Assembly: GCA_000004985.1 (NCBI GenBank)
Contig: GG738855.1
DNA: 64,000 bases
Strand: one strand, 5' to 3'
Source: Naegleria gruberi
Lineage: Eukaryota
The position numbers and the translations under genes were made by a program. The notes under the pieces are model-generated. The model ran no database searches and was not told where the DNA came from. It saw nothing but the letters and a program-made list of their open reading frames with translations. Position 1 is the first letter of the stretch. Each line of letters begins with the position of its first letter. Shown one piece after another: positions 21,393 through 32,108 of this stretch.

Positions 21393-24300
21393 ATGGTCAA
21401 ACCCTATTACCGTATTGTGCCAGAGAGAACAACAGGTACTATTGCATCACCATACGCATCAATTCACTATGATCAAACAAAAGCATCCGATATTGTATAT
21501 TCACCAATGTTGTACCAAATAGGTGTTTGGAACAAACGTGAAAATGAATTAGTATCAATAATAACACCACAAGATGAATCCTACTATGGAGGAAGTATCA
21601 ATGAAGGTACCATGAAGTATAGTAATATTACCTTCATCACACATTGCAATAATTTTATTGCTGCTGGATATCAAAATGGTAAAATTTTAATTTACAACTT
21701 GAAAACAAGCGAACAAGTTTTATATACAACAGGACACTCTTCAAGTGTTTCCTATTTACAATTTAATTCCGATTGCTCTTTACTTGTAAGTGGAGGTGAT
21801 GATACCGACATTGTTTGTTGGGATATTACAGCTTGTCAAGCAAAATTTAGATTACGTGGACATAAAGGAAGAATTACTGGTTTGATATTTTTGGAGAAAA
21901 CAAATGCTTTGATTAGTTCGAGTAAGGATATGTTGATTAAAGTCTGGGAATTGACTACTTATCACTGTGTTCAAACATTGATTGGTTCTCGTAATGAAAT
22001 TTGGTCAATTTGTGTAGACTCAGATGAACATAGGTTATTCGCTGGTAGTACGGATAGTGAAATTAGAGTTTGGGATATTCAAGTATTTTTAAATAAGGAA
22101 ACTCAATATTTCTATGAAAATGATCCTGTTTTTATGGGAACTTTGAAGAGAAGAGATGAAAGTAGAGTTTTGCAAATGAAATTTGACCATACGGGTACTT
22201 TATTAGCTATTGTTGGCTCAGATTCAAAGATTGTAGAAATTTTCAAAATGAGAAATGAAAAGGAAATTGAAAAGAAGAGAAAGAATGCAGAATCTTTAAC
22301 ACCTAACATGGAATATAAGTGGTGGTTACAAATCAAGTCTAATTATGAAATTAGATCTTTGGACTTTAATCCATTCGAGTCAGTTTTAACAAGAAGTGAA
22401 ATTTCTACAGACAGCGAAGACAAACTCTCAACTAGAATTTTGAATGCCAAGATGAATGATTTTAGAGTAATAATTTCAACTTTGCGTAACACTATTGAGG
22501 AATACAAAATTGAACCAAATAAGATTGTCAAATCCAATCAAGATCAATACCAAGGAATTACATGTACAAATACTATTGAAAGACAAGGTCACGGTACTCC
22601 TGTGAGATCCATTTCAATTTCAGATGATAATGTTACCTGTATGTCATTGTCTTCTAAGGAGTGCCACATTTGGAATTTGGAAAATGGTAAATGTATCAAG
22701 ACATTGAATGATGTTGACCATGGGTTGAGTGCTATTTGGATACCTTACACAAATAACAGATACTGTTTGGTTGGTACCAAGAAGGGTAACATTCAAATAT
22801 ATGACGTGAATATTTCGGAATGTATTGAAACTATTCAAGCTCACTCAAGTACAATCTATAGTATTCAATTTGTTCCTCCAAGTAGTTTCAATGATAACAA
22901 TGGTGGTATCATTACTGCCAGTAGTGATAAGTGTGTTAAATTCTGGGAATTTGAAATGAAAGGAAAGAATTTGTCCCTCGCAATCAAGAACGTTCTCGAA
23001 ATGAACGAAGAAATTATTGCCATAACTGTTTCAAAGAATGCTAAATACTTGGCTGTTTCTCTGTTGGACAATACTGTTAAAATTTTCTACATGGACACTA
23101 TGAAATTCTTCCTCTCACTCTATGGCCACAAGTTACCAATCAAATGTTTGGATATTTCTAGTGACGAACAATTGATAGTGACTGGTAGTGATGATAAGAA
23201 CATTAAGATTTGGGGTTTGGATTTCGGTGATTGTCATCGTTCCTTATTAGCCCACGAACAAGGTATTACTTCAGTCAAGTTTATCAATGATACTCACTAT
23301 TTCTTCAGCGCCTCTAAGGATGGTAACATCAAGTATTGGGATGGTGATAAATTTGAATTAATTCAAGTTGTCACAAGCCAATATATTTCTAAATCACCAC
23401 TTTGGTGTTTGGATATTAGCAGTGACGGACACAGAATGGTTACTTCTGGCCACGAAAGAGCACTCTTTATCTATACCCAGTCTGATGATATGTTATTCTT
23501 GGAAGAAGAAAAGGAAAAGAGATTTGAAGAGGAACAACTTGAAAAGGATTTACCTCACTCCCAACAATTCAAAGATTTGTCCTTGGCAGGAGCTGAAGTC
23601 ACTCATGCTGGTCAACGTTCCATGGAAACTATTCGTGATGGTGAAAAGCTTATGGAAAACCTTGATGTTGCTATCAATGAAGAAATTAATATTATCGAAA
23701 GTATTGCTAATAATGTTACAATTCCTAAGAATCCTCTCTTGTTAGGATTATCTATTGAGGAATATGTTTGGAAGTGTTTGACACGTATTGCCAGATCTGA
23801 TTTAGATATGGTGCTTTCAATTATCCATTTCAGTCATGCCTATTTCATTTTGAAACAAGTTAACAAGTTGATGAAACAAAAGAGTGTAGATATTGAATTG
23901 TCAACTAGAATTGTTTTACTTTTAATTCATATTCACTACAAGCAATTAGTTCAAAGCAACAGTGACCAAGAAACCTTTGACTTGATGCAATCACTCCATG
24001 AACTTGTTAGAAATGGGCTTGTACAACAATCTAAGAGAATTGGATTCAACGTTGCCGCTCTTCAATTTGTAAAGAATAGAATGAAGAATGAACAAGAATT
24101 ATTTGAATTCAATAAGGAATCTAAAGTTAATGATATTGTTAAATCATACAGAGAAAGACAACGTGAAAAGAAAAGATTGGCCAAATATGAAGCTGAACAA
24201 TCATCAACAGGTAAAAAGAAGAAGGAACACAAGAGAATGGCCAAATTCAAGGGCATGTTAGATTCCATGATTGAAAAGATTGAAAATGACCCAACCAAAC

Positions 24301-24458
24301 AAGTTGTTTTTGAAAGTAATGTTAAGGATAAAAAGATTTCATCCCTCAAGAGAAAATTCAAAGAAATGGAAGATAAAAAGACCAAGAAGCTCAAGTCAAT
24401 GATTCAAGATGACGATGACACTGAAGATTTCCTCAATGAACTTTCCTCATGGGATTAG
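21393..24458 (+). CDS. WDR3: WD repeat protein 3 / U3 snoRNP protein UTP12 (yeast Dip2 family). About 13 WD repeats plus a C-terminal Utp12 region.
   Basis: TGHSSSVSYLQFNSDCSLLVSGGDDTDIVCWDI...RLRGHKGRITGLIFLEKTNALISSSKDMLIKVWEL...LFAGSTDSEIRVWDI follows the WDR3 N-terminal repeat order closely. The C-terminal half is coiled-coil and acidic, like Utp12. First ATG at 21393 (the track start at 21360 is TTG). Confidence 0.8.
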   Translation: MVKPYYRIVPERTTGTIASPYASIHYDQTKASDIVYSPMLYQIGVWNKRENELVSIITPQDESYYGGSINEGTMKYSNITFITHCNNFIAAGYQNGKILIYNLKTSEQVLYTTGHSSSVSYLQFNSDCSLLVSGGDDTDIVCWDITACQAKFRLRGHKGRITGLIFLEKTNALISSSKDMLIKVWELTTYHCVQTLIGSRNEIWSICVDSDEHRLFAGSTDSEIRVWDIQVFLNKETQYFYENDPVFMGTLKRRDESRVLQMKFDHTGTLLAIVGSDSKIVEIFKMRNEKEIEKKRKNAESLTPNMEYKWWLQIKSNYEIRSLDFNPFESVLTRSEISTDSEDKLSTRILNAKMNDFRVIISTLRNTIEEYKIEPNKIVKSNQDQYQGITCTNTIERQGHGTPVRSISISDDNVTCMSLSSKECHIWNLENGKCIKTLNDVDHGLSAIWIPYTNNRYCLVGTKKGNIQIYDVNISECIETIQAHSSTIYSIQFVPPSSFNDNNGGIITASSDKCVKFWEFEMKGKNLSLAIKNVLEMNEEIIAITVSKNAKYLAVSLLDNTVKIFYMDTMKFFLSLYGHKLPIKCLDISSDEQLIVTGSDDKNIKIWGLDFGDCHRSLLAHEQGITSVKFINDTHYFFSASKDGNIKYWDGDKFELIQVVTSQYISKSPLWCLDISSDGHRMVTSGHERALFIYTQSDDMLFLEEEKEKRFEEEQLEKDLPHSQQFKDLSLAGAEVTHAGQRSMETIRDGEKLMENLDVAINEEINIIESIANNVTIPKNPLLLGLSIEEYVWKCLTRIARSDLDMVLSIIHFSHAYFILKQVNKLMKQKSVDIELSTRIVLLLIHIHYKQLVQSNSDQETFDLMQSLHELVRNGLVQQSKRIGFNVAALQFVKNRMKNEQELFEFNKESKVNDIVKSYRERQREKKRLAKYEAEQSSTGKKKKEHKRMAKFKGMLDSMIEKIENDPTKQVVFESNVKDKKISSLKRKFKEMEDKKTKKLKSMIQDDDDTEDFLNELSSWD

Positions 24459-24726
24459 ATTTCTACAAGGCATTTCCTTCTCCACTCAATATATTTCAAG
24501 AAGATGATCAGTCTTTTTCAGATGTAAATCCTAAAAAAACTTGTTAAATCTCCTTCAATTAGGGCACCTCAGAATTTTTGCGCGCTCTCTTTTAAAACGC
24601 TTAACTATTAAAAATTCCTAAAATCATCCAAACACCATATCATATTTTTTAAAGTTCTCTCTGCTCAAAGTAAATAGCAATCACAAAACCTGGTTTTAAT
24701 ACGGCGAAACCTGGTTGATCGACAAG

Positions 24727-26628
24727 ATGAAAAACAAAATGCAGGACAATATGGTAGGGCTTTACCTGACCAAACATGCCAAATCATTTCAGGAATATAA
24801 TTATAATTTGTGGAATTTATTTGATTTATTACATTCATCATCTGTTCAATGTAATTTAACGGCTCTAGAATTAAAATTACACATCTTGAGTTATTGTATT
24901 TTGGAAATATCACCCAGGACGTGTCCTATTCTGTATTCAACATCAACAAGTTCCGATGAAATACCAATCGAAGAAATCGAGAGGAGTCTATTAAAGATAA
25001 TGTATGGAAAATTCGATTCAGATAAGACTAGGATTCATCAAATATATCACCATTTTCACATCTACTTTGATACAGCATCCATGGGAATGACCATAAGATT
25101 TCCTACACTTTTTGATGATCAATTAATACGGATAATATGGAGCAAGGCTAAATCTATGCATTGTCAAAATGTTGATTCATCAGAAAATTATTACTTTTCA
25201 ATACCAACAATAACAAAACCCCAACTAGATAATGACACTAGTGGAGAATCAAAACAAAAAAGGAGAAAGGTTGATAGAGATTTATCACCCCTTGAAAATT
25301 GGTCAAAACATTTAGGTACACTATGTAAAAATCTTGAACAATTGAGAGTGAAATTAGACTATAACCTTTTAGAATTCATGATATCTAAGGACAATACTTG
25401 TGTTTGTCCATTATTAAGAAATTGTGAGACATTTATTCAACCTATTCATTATGAGATTGATGAAAACTTGTTGAATCATACCCTTTTATTTCCATTTGTT
25501 TCTACAGTTGAGTGGACTTTCTCAGATCAACCAATTTGCAACACTCTAAACATGATGTCTAGCAGATTTTTACCAAAATTTCCAAACTTGACATCTCTCA
25601 AAATAAGGAATTTCAATATTAACAACACAAACTATTGCTCTTTGAATCCATTTGGACCCCTAATTGAATATTCGAAAAATCAAACTGTACTGTTGAGCTC
25701 CCTCTCACTAAACATGAGTTTTTCCTTCAATACCACAAACTGTTTGCGGTGTTGGACCAAGTTTTGGAGTAACATTTCCGAGTTGTCCTCTCTAGAAAGA
25801 TTAGAAATTAATCTCTCTCTGAAACCTTGTGAAAACTGGGAATCAATAGAGAAGGATGTTTTAAAAGTACTGACCGATACATTTGGTTTTATCTCTAACC
25901 CTGAAAGTAATGAGAAGAAATTGAATTTACCTAAGCTTAAAATTATCAAACTTAACATACACAATCAAAATGACGAGATTATAATAGACCAATCACTAAT
26001 TCATTTCCTTTTACAACAGAGGTATAACTTATTGTCAGAAGTTGAAATTGATTTTAAAGTTATGGATACTGATCAATATAATCAGTGTTTCCTCTTTTTA
26101 GAGGATGAGTTCAATTCAGGTAACAGTACAATCTCAAAACTCAAGTTATCTGGAGTCACACTCAACAGTGATGCTTGTGTTGCTTTGGGTAGATGCTCAT
26201 CTTTGAGGTGGCTCATCTTGAAAAATGTAAAATTTGAGGGAGATGATGAGGAAATTAGATATTGCCTCGATTACCTGTCTCAATCGAAGAGTATTACACA
26301 TTTAGAATTACCACATTGCTATTTGGAAGAATATCATTTGGAACCTATATTATCTAATATGGATCAGTTAGAATTACTCAATCTGAAATTTAATAATATG
26401 GGAGCTCTATTACTTTTAAGGCACGTGACAACATCCTTCAGTACAGATCATGATGATTATCAAGTAAGAAATAATCTAGTTCACTTAAATGCACTAAATC
26501 TGGAAGGAAATGTCAAGATCAAGAAGGAACATATTGATACACTACTAGAACAAAATGAAAATCTCACCTATGTTTCTCCATGTAATTTAGGAGACTTTCT
26601 TCCAATACCAACCTTCACTTGGCAATAA
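24727..26628 (+). CDS. Hypothetical protein with C-terminal leucine-rich-repeat-like region (possible F-box/LRR type)
   Basis: 634-aa ORF from the first ATG. C-terminal LRR-like repeats are present (LSGVTLNSDACVALGRCSSLRWLILKNV; LELLNLKFNNMGALLLL; LNALNLEGNVKI). No catalytic motifs were recognised. Confidence 0.5.
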   Translation: MKNKMQDNMVGLYLTKHAKSFQEYNYNLWNLFDLLHSSSVQCNLTALELKLHILSYCILEISPRTCPILYSTSTSSDEIPIEEIERSLLKIMYGKFDSDKTRIHQIYHHFHIYFDTASMGMTIRFPTLFDDQLIRIIWSKAKSMHCQNVDSSENYYFSIPTITKPQLDNDTSGESKQKRRKVDRDLSPLENWSKHLGTLCKNLEQLRVKLDYNLLEFMISKDNTCVCPLLRNCETFIQPIHYEIDENLLNHTLLFPFVSTVEWTFSDQPICNTLNMMSSRFLPKFPNLTSLKIRNFNINNTNYCSLNPFGPLIEYSKNQTVLLSSLSLNMSFSFNTTNCLRCWTKFWSNISELSSLERLEINLSLKPCENWESIEKDVLKVLTDTFGFISNPESNEKKLNLPKLKIIKLNIHNQNDEIIIDQSLIHFLLQQRYNLLSEVEIDFKVMDTDQYNQCFLFLEDEFNSGNSTISKLKLSGVTLNSDACVALGRCSSLRWLILKNVKFEGDDEEIRYCLDYLSQSKSITHLELPHCYLEEYHLEPILSNMDQLELLNLKFNNMGALLLLRHVTTSFSTDHDDYQVRNNLVHLNALNLEGNVKIKKEHIDTLLEQNENLTYVSPCNLGDFLPIPTFTWQ

Positions 26629-26663
26629 TATTTTCAAAATAAATTATTTATTTACAAATTCCA

Positions 26664-26999
26664 TTAATTCTTTTTTGGAACCAATTCATTAATATCAAAA
26701 TCATAATTTTTAATTACCGACAAGTTAGTCTTGGTTGGTTCTGTTGAATTTGGTTCATATAATTCTCTAGTTTGTGGAGGATTTAATTTGTGAGGTTTTG
26801 GTGGAGGATTAGTTTTAGCAGTCATTGGTGCGACTCTTGTGACTGGTGAAAAATAAGTGTACACTCTTCCGAAGATTGGAATGCTTCTTAAAGCATATTC
26901 AACAAAAGTTAAAATTGATGTGATGATGTTGGTGATAGGAAAGAGCCAGACAGGATCTCTGTATTCCTCATACATTGGGTGAAGTGGTTGTTTAGTCAT
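26664..26999 (-). CDS. Small (111 aa) single-pass membrane protein, unknown function
   Basis: ATG at 26997-26999. One hydrophobic helix (VWLFPITNIITSILTFVEYAL) and a Pro/Lys-rich tail. The ATGAGCGCAC motif lies 36 bp upstream. Confidence 0.45.
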   Translation of the reverse strand: MTKQPLHPMYEEYRDPVWLFPITNIITSILTFVEYALRSIPIFGRVYTYFSPVTRVAPMTAKTNPPPKPHKLNPPQTRELYEPNSTEPTKTNLSVIKNYDFDINELVPKKN

Positions 27000-27034
27000 T
27001 TTTTTATGTATTATTAATTTTGATAATAATTAAC

Positions 27035-27044
27035 ATGAGCGCAC
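27035..27044 (+). promoter_or_regulatory. ATGAGCGCAC promoter-proximal GC-rich motif, copy 1
   Basis: Exact 10-mer shared with 47593..47602. It sits 36 bp upstream of the ATG (26999) of the minus-strand small TM gene, inside an otherwise >85% AT spacer. A second GC island follows (TTTGCCGCGGATGGCGACTCCCGTC). Confidence 0.4.
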
Positions 27045-27270
27045 ATCGATTTTATTGGCTTGAATTTTTGTTTGCCGCGGATGGCGACTCCCGTCATTAA
27101 TTATTATTAATTAATAGTTATTTACAATTTATTAAATAATATAATATTAATAACTATGTTGTAAATTCGTTCCAAATTAATAAAATAGTTTTGGATGTTA
27201 CAGTAAATAAAATTCAAAAATTAAAAAGTTTCCATTTTAAAAGTGAAGTTTGTGAAAATATTAGAAAAAA

Positions 27271-27954
27271 ATGTTTGAAATAGTTGTCTTGATTATTATT
27301 GTGCTAATTCTCTCTCTTGTTGCCTCTTATCATTATTACATGAATATTCGATCTGAACAACCCTATCTCAGGAAGGGTTCTGAATCACTCGAATCAAAAC
27401 CAATCAAGATTATTCTACATGGACCTTGTGCCTCTGGAAAATCAACTCATTCAAAAGAACTGTCAACAGCATTAAATATTCCATTGATTGATGCAGATTT
27501 ACTTCGGTTTTATCCTGCTCATGAATTTGAGTGGAAACTTAAAAGTGGCAATGAGTATATTTCTGCCATCGAGAAGGAAATGAAGCAATTTAAGGATAAG
27601 GGTTGGGTTTTTGACGGCAGAGTTTTGAAATTACCATCCATAATTAAAGAAGCAAATGTTTTAATAATCATGGATTATGCACTCATTGTCACTTTTTGGA
27701 GATTGTTTGTGAGGTGTGTCAGTAGATGGATTTACAATACCAAATGTTGTAATGGAAATGTTGAGAAATGGTCTAATCATTTGGGAAAGGACTCTCTGTT
27801 TTTGTATGAATTTAACAGTATGTTAGATGCCAAGAAACGTGACTTGGGAATGAAGAAACATTTCGAGGATAATCCCCATCTTCATGTTTTCAAAGTACTG
27901 TCTCCAAGAGACTTGAAATATTTGTTAAAGAAACTCGACTTTAAAAGTTTGTAA
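27271..27954 (+). CDS. P-loop NTPase/nucleoside(-mono)phosphate-kinase-like protein with N-terminal TM anchor
   Basis: N-terminal TM (MFEIVVLIIIVLILSLVASY) followed by a Walker A motif (IILHGPCASGKSTHSKEL) and a kinase-like fold (LIDADLLRF...). 227 aa. Confidence 0.5.
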   Translation: MFEIVVLIIIVLILSLVASYHYYMNIRSEQPYLRKGSESLESKPIKIILHGPCASGKSTHSKELSTALNIPLIDADLLRFYPAHEFEWKLKSGNEYISAIEKEMKQFKDKGWVFDGRVLKLPSIIKEANVLIIMDYALIVTFWRLFVRCVSRWIYNTKCCNGNVEKWSNHLGKDSLFLYEFNSMLDAKKRDLGMKKHFEDNPHLHVFKVLSPRDLKYLLKKLDFKSL

Positions 27955-28051
27955 ATATTAGATTGAAAGGATTAGTCAACTGCATTCCAAAACATTTCAA
28001 TACATGATTTAATCAGCAAAATGTTATTGATATTTACAATAAGTTAATTTA

Positions 28052-28885
28052 TTAATCTTCTGATTCATCTATCGCATCAATTTCCTGATTTGGTATTATC
28101 GTTATGTTCTGACTATCACCATGATAGTAATAATCTGGTAGTATTACAGTATCGTTATATCTTGGAGTTGAATCCATAACTTTTCTATTATGGAAAAAGT
28201 CCAAAACTACGAACAATGAGTCTGATGATTGAAATCCAAATTGACTCAAATTGCATTCCATATTATCATCATTTATGATCTTTCCTTTGTAAACAAAACG
28301 TTGTTTTTCGTAAGGTATTTGCAACATATCTCTCACTGCAGTTTTTAAGTGATGTAAAGTTAAATTATTAAAATTATATACACGCATGGATTGTCCAGTT
28401 AATGTTCTGATATTAACAAAAGGTGGGGAATTGGAGGAAGTTGATGGTTGGATGGCATTCATAGGTGATGTTATTATTGAAGGATTAAAAAGTGGAGTAT
28501 TAGAAATGAAATTATTAGAACCTGTGTTGTTGTGACAAGTGTAAAATGGGAATGAACACGTTACGGATGATGAAGAAGAACTTGATTGATTACTACTTCC
28601 AATCGATATACAAACTGCATGAACTTGCTTTAATTTCTTACTAGGTTTTGATGAATACAAATCCGTATCATCATCCGATGATGAACAAGATTGATCTTCG
28701 TATGATTGATCATACATCATTTCATCATATTCTTCCATACCAGTTTCTAGATCATCATTTTTTTGTAGGCTTCTTTTTCCTAAAAAGTTTGAAGAGGCTT
28801 TTGTTCGAGAGCCTCTTTGACCAACACCGTTACATGTTGATGTTATTCCGTGATGGCATTCATCGTCAAAGTGGTGTGAAGGCAT
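28052..28885 (-). CDS. Ubiquitin-like (UBL) domain-containing protein
   Basis: The C-terminal segment MRVYNFNNLTLHHLKTAVRDMLQIPYEKQRFVYKGKIINDDNMECNLSQFGFQSSDSLFVVLDF has a beta-grasp/ubiquitin-like pattern. The N-terminal half is S-rich and acidic. ATG at 28883-28885. Confidence 0.55.
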   Translation of the reverse strand: MPSHHFDDECHHGITSTCNGVGQRGSRTKASSNFLGKRSLQKNDDLETGMEEYDEMMYDQSYEDQSCSSSDDDTDLYSSKPSKKLKQVHAVCISIGSSNQSSSSSSSVTCSFPFYTCHNNTGSNNFISNTPLFNPSIITSPMNAIQPSTSSNSPPFVNIRTLTGQSMRVYNFNNLTLHHLKTAVRDMLQIPYEKQRFVYKGKIINDDNMECNLSQFGFQSSDSLFVVLDFFHNRKVMDSTPRYNDTVILPDYYYHGDSQNITIIPNQEIDAIDESED

Positions 28886-29223
28886 TTTTTCTCTCTGTTG
28901 TTTGAAAAAAAAAATTCAAGAATCAGCCAGAAAAAATTGGGCGCCATTCAAAGAGGTTACAAAATTTTATGGGTTTTTGCTTGTCTGGTACTCTCTTCAA
29001 CATAAATTGATTCACCTTTTCTCAGTGGCTTTCAATGAACAATTCAAAAACAAATTATTATATTTAGTAAATTCTTCAATACACCATTTGTGTTAGTTTC
29101 AATATTCTTATGGGGTGAGGTTCATTTTTTTTACTTTCATTGAAAATAATCCAGAGTGAGTCTGATAACAGGAGTTGACTCCTCTAAATCTCCTTTCTTT
29201 TCAAAAATAAAAAGAAGGAAAAA

Positions 29224-30945
29224 ATGACTCTACGTTCCACTTGTCTTCAGATCGGAGTGGTCGCTAGGAAGGTTGCTGACAAATACAACCAGTTCGGACG
29301 GATGATATTTGGTCCCAAGGTTCTGCTTGTGTATTTGTTCATTGTGAATTTATTTATTTATTTTGATAGAGGTGTTGTTTCTGTAGGTTTCAAGTTGATC
29401 TATTTAAATTAAAAAGTGGATGATGATTATGAAAATAATATATAGGGTATTTTACGTGCTTTGGAAGCAAAGTGGGATTTATCACAAACTGAACAAGGAG
29501 CACTCGGATCAGCTTTTATGGTTGGATATATGATTTTTGGACCAATTTTTGCTCAGTTAGCCTCTAAAATTCCAATGAAGGTAATTATCATCACATGAAT
29601 TATTCATCGGAATGACATATATTTCTGTTAAATACATAATAATAATAATAATTGGAAATGACATTCACTTTAAATTACTTGTGGAATATTGAAATAGATT
29701 GTTATTTTTGTCGGATTGGTTATTTGGTCTGTATTAACAATATTGTGTGGATTTACTAGTGTTGTAACATCAAAGACTGGTTTCTACTTGTTGGCTGTTT
29801 GTCGTTGCTTGGTTGGTGTTGGTGAAGCTGCCTATGCTCCTGTTGCACCAACCTTATTGGATGATGTTGCTCCTGCCAAAAGTAGAACAATGTACATGTC
29901 CTTCTTCTATCTTGCCATGCCTGTTGGTGTTGCTATTGGGTATGGTGTAAGTGGTGTTGTAGCTGATTATTTGGATTGGTCACTCGTTTTTATGGGAGAA
30001 GGTATTTTGATTATTCCTCTTGCTTTATTGATCTTGATGGTTCCTCCATCTGATCAATACAGAAAAGATAGAATGGAAAAGGAAGACAGAGAAAGATTAG
30101 TCAATGAAAACAATTCTCTTCTTGAAAATAATGATTCCAATAACCAAATTCCTCAAACTTCATCTGAATCTAACATTGTTACTGAAAGTGATGCAATGAG
30201 TCAATTTGGAGATGTTGAAAAGGACAAGACCTATAATATTTTCCAAGCAATTTACCATTTATTTACAAACTCTGTCTACGTGTATGCTCTTTTGGGTTAT
30301 ACAATGTATACATTTGTGATTGGCGCATTGGCTTTCTGGGGACCAACTCTTGTTTCAAAGGGGCTTCACATTAGAATGTCTATTGCAAGTTTGGCCTTCT
30401 CTGGTATCAGTGTTGTGACTGGTATCGTAGGTTCTATGGTTGGAGGTATAGTTTTGGATAAGATTGGTGGATCTAAGGGAATGGCTGGAAGTGCTAGAGG
30501 ATTAATGCTATGTGCTATTTTCATTTTCCTTGCTATTCCATTTGGTTATGGAGCATTTAGTACATCTAATATTCCACTCTATTTTTCCTTATTGGTTATT
30601 GCTGAATTCTTCATTTTCTGCATTACCAGTCCTGTAAATGTTTCCTTCTTGTCAGTTGTTTCTCCAAACTTGAGAAATTACAGTATGAGTATTCAGATCT
30701 TTGTCATTCACGCTATTGGTGATTTCCCTTCACCTTCTGCTATGGGTGCATTTGCTGATTATTTAGGAGGTAATGCTGGTCTTTCAAAGAGTATCCTATT
30801 CTTGTGGACCGTTCTTGTTTTTAGTGTTGCCTTCTTCTTTGTTGGATTTTTAATTGCTCGATCAAAGAGTAAGATTGAAGAACGTAGTGAAGCTTTTGCT
30901 GACCTCAAGAAGGAAAATTATCAAAGAGCAAAGACGGAGCTGTAA
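29224..30945 (+). CDS. Major-facilitator-superfamily transporter, spinster (Spns)-like. Model: join(29224..29382,29446..29580,29698..30945).
   Basis: The spliced product reads ...VLLVYLFIVNLFIYFDRGVVS|GILRALEAKWDLSQTEQGALGSAFMVGYMIFGPIFAQLASKIPMK|IVIFVGLVIWSVLTILCGFTS...CRCLVGVGEAAYAPVAPTLLDDVAPAKSRTMYMSFFYLAMPVGVAIGYG. This is a close match to the Spinster TM1-TM4 signature (NYMDRftvAGvL ... LvGvGEAsYstiAPtli.D.f....R...lsiFY.aiPvGsglGY). About 12 TM helices. Confidence 0.8.
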
Positions 30946-31015
30946 ATTCAAAATTAATCTCAATTATTCAATTAACCTGCTTGATAACTCAATTTTAAAA
31001 AATCAATTAAAAAAA

Positions 31016-31753
31016 ATGTTAAAAATAATTAAATCATCAACCAGTCCACTTCAAAAATTAAATAGAATCGGAATTGCAAGTCGGAAAGCTGCTTCATTGA
31101 ATTGTTGTGTGGCTTGTTCTTCTTCCCTCATGAGAAATTATGCAACATTTAATTTTAATCAAAATGAAGAAGATGATTATGAAAAACAGCCAGGACAATC
31201 ACCTTTAGCTGCACCATTGGAACAATATAACGTCATGCAATATGATTCGTATGTGTTGAAAATATAATAATAATTATAATAATTAATTACTACATCGCAA
31301 AGTTCTGTGACTTTTATTTCAGGATATGGTCAACGATCTTTCTTTGTTGGAAATACCAGAATTTTCGGAAGTATATTCGCAACAAAGAAACAAGTTTTTG
31401 TTTGGGATATCTCGGATCCAAGTCAAATTACAATTGAAAGTTTAAAATTGGCTGAACATTTAAATCCAACACCTACCTTACTTCTTGTTGGAACTGGTAA
31501 GTCAATTGTTAGATTACCACAGGAAGTACATGAATATTTCAGAAAGAATGGTGTTGTTATTGAGGAAATGAATTCAGTGAGTGCTGTCAGTACCTTCAAT
31601 GTTTTGAATCAAGAAGGAAGAGATGTATGTTGTGCTTGCATTTCACTTGAGCCAGTCAATGTTAAAGATTTGGTTCCAGAAAAATCACCAGTTGTCTTTT
31701 TGGAAATTAGAAATGTTCTTGATAGGAGACCAGGTGGCAGTCCTCTTGGATAA
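31016..31753 (+). CDS. NDUFAF3: NADH dehydrogenase [ubiquinone] complex I assembly factor 3 (NDUFAF3, DUF498/Mth938-like). Model: join(31016..31248,31303..31753).
   Basis: Exon 1 is MLKIIKSSTSPLQKLNRIGIASRK... (presequence-like). A 54-nt intron (GTATGT...AAAG) leads into ...SVTFISGYGQRSFFVGNTRIFGSIFATKKQVFVWDISDPSQITIESLKLAEHLNPTPTLLLVGTGKSIVRLPQEVHEYFRKNGVVIEEMNSVSAVSTFNVLNQEGRDVCCACIS. This parallels the NDUFAF3 core (GYSPRGFSINGNRVFGPCALLP..VVQWNVGS..DITEESFSLFWLLEPRIEIVVVGTGDRTERL...GIAVEVQDTPNACATFNFLCHEGR). Confidence 0.7.
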
Positions 31754-31886
31754 TATTATTTCACAAATATTGAAGAGTAAGATCAATTCCATAAATTATT
31801 CATTTTATTTCAGCTGTATAGATATGGAAAAATTAATAATCGAAACTGTAAACTTCATAAGAAAAAAGTTAGTTTGTTCCTTTTGT

Positions 31887-31986
31887 CAAACCGCCTCAAC
31901 TGACTAATGGTGATGGAAGAAACTTCTCTACAGACCTTAAAAAAAATACCGCGCATTTGATTAAGAGACTTTGAGGACAAACCGCC
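31887..31986 (+). promoter_or_regulatory. Direct repeat of CAAACCGCC (31887-31895 and 31978-31986) in the spacer upstream of the gene starting at 32109
   Basis: Two exact 9-mers, 91 bp apart, at -222 and -131 relative to the ATG at 32109. They form GC-rich islands in AT-rich DNA. A CCGCGCAT element lies between them. Confidence 0.3.
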
Positions 31987-32108
31987 CATTGTGTTTGACT
32001 ACGACATAGTATTATATATTATTCAACCTTTTGTTGTTTGTAGAGTAGAGGATCAATAGGTCCTCTAATTTTTTAAAATACATCATCATCTTTTTAATCA
32101 ACAACATA

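Noticed and set aside
28902-29096. 64-aa ORF in the divergent promoter between the UBL gene and the spinster-like gene
   Set aside because: It lies in an AT-rich spacer, has a hydrophobic/low-complexity translation and no splice or homology support.
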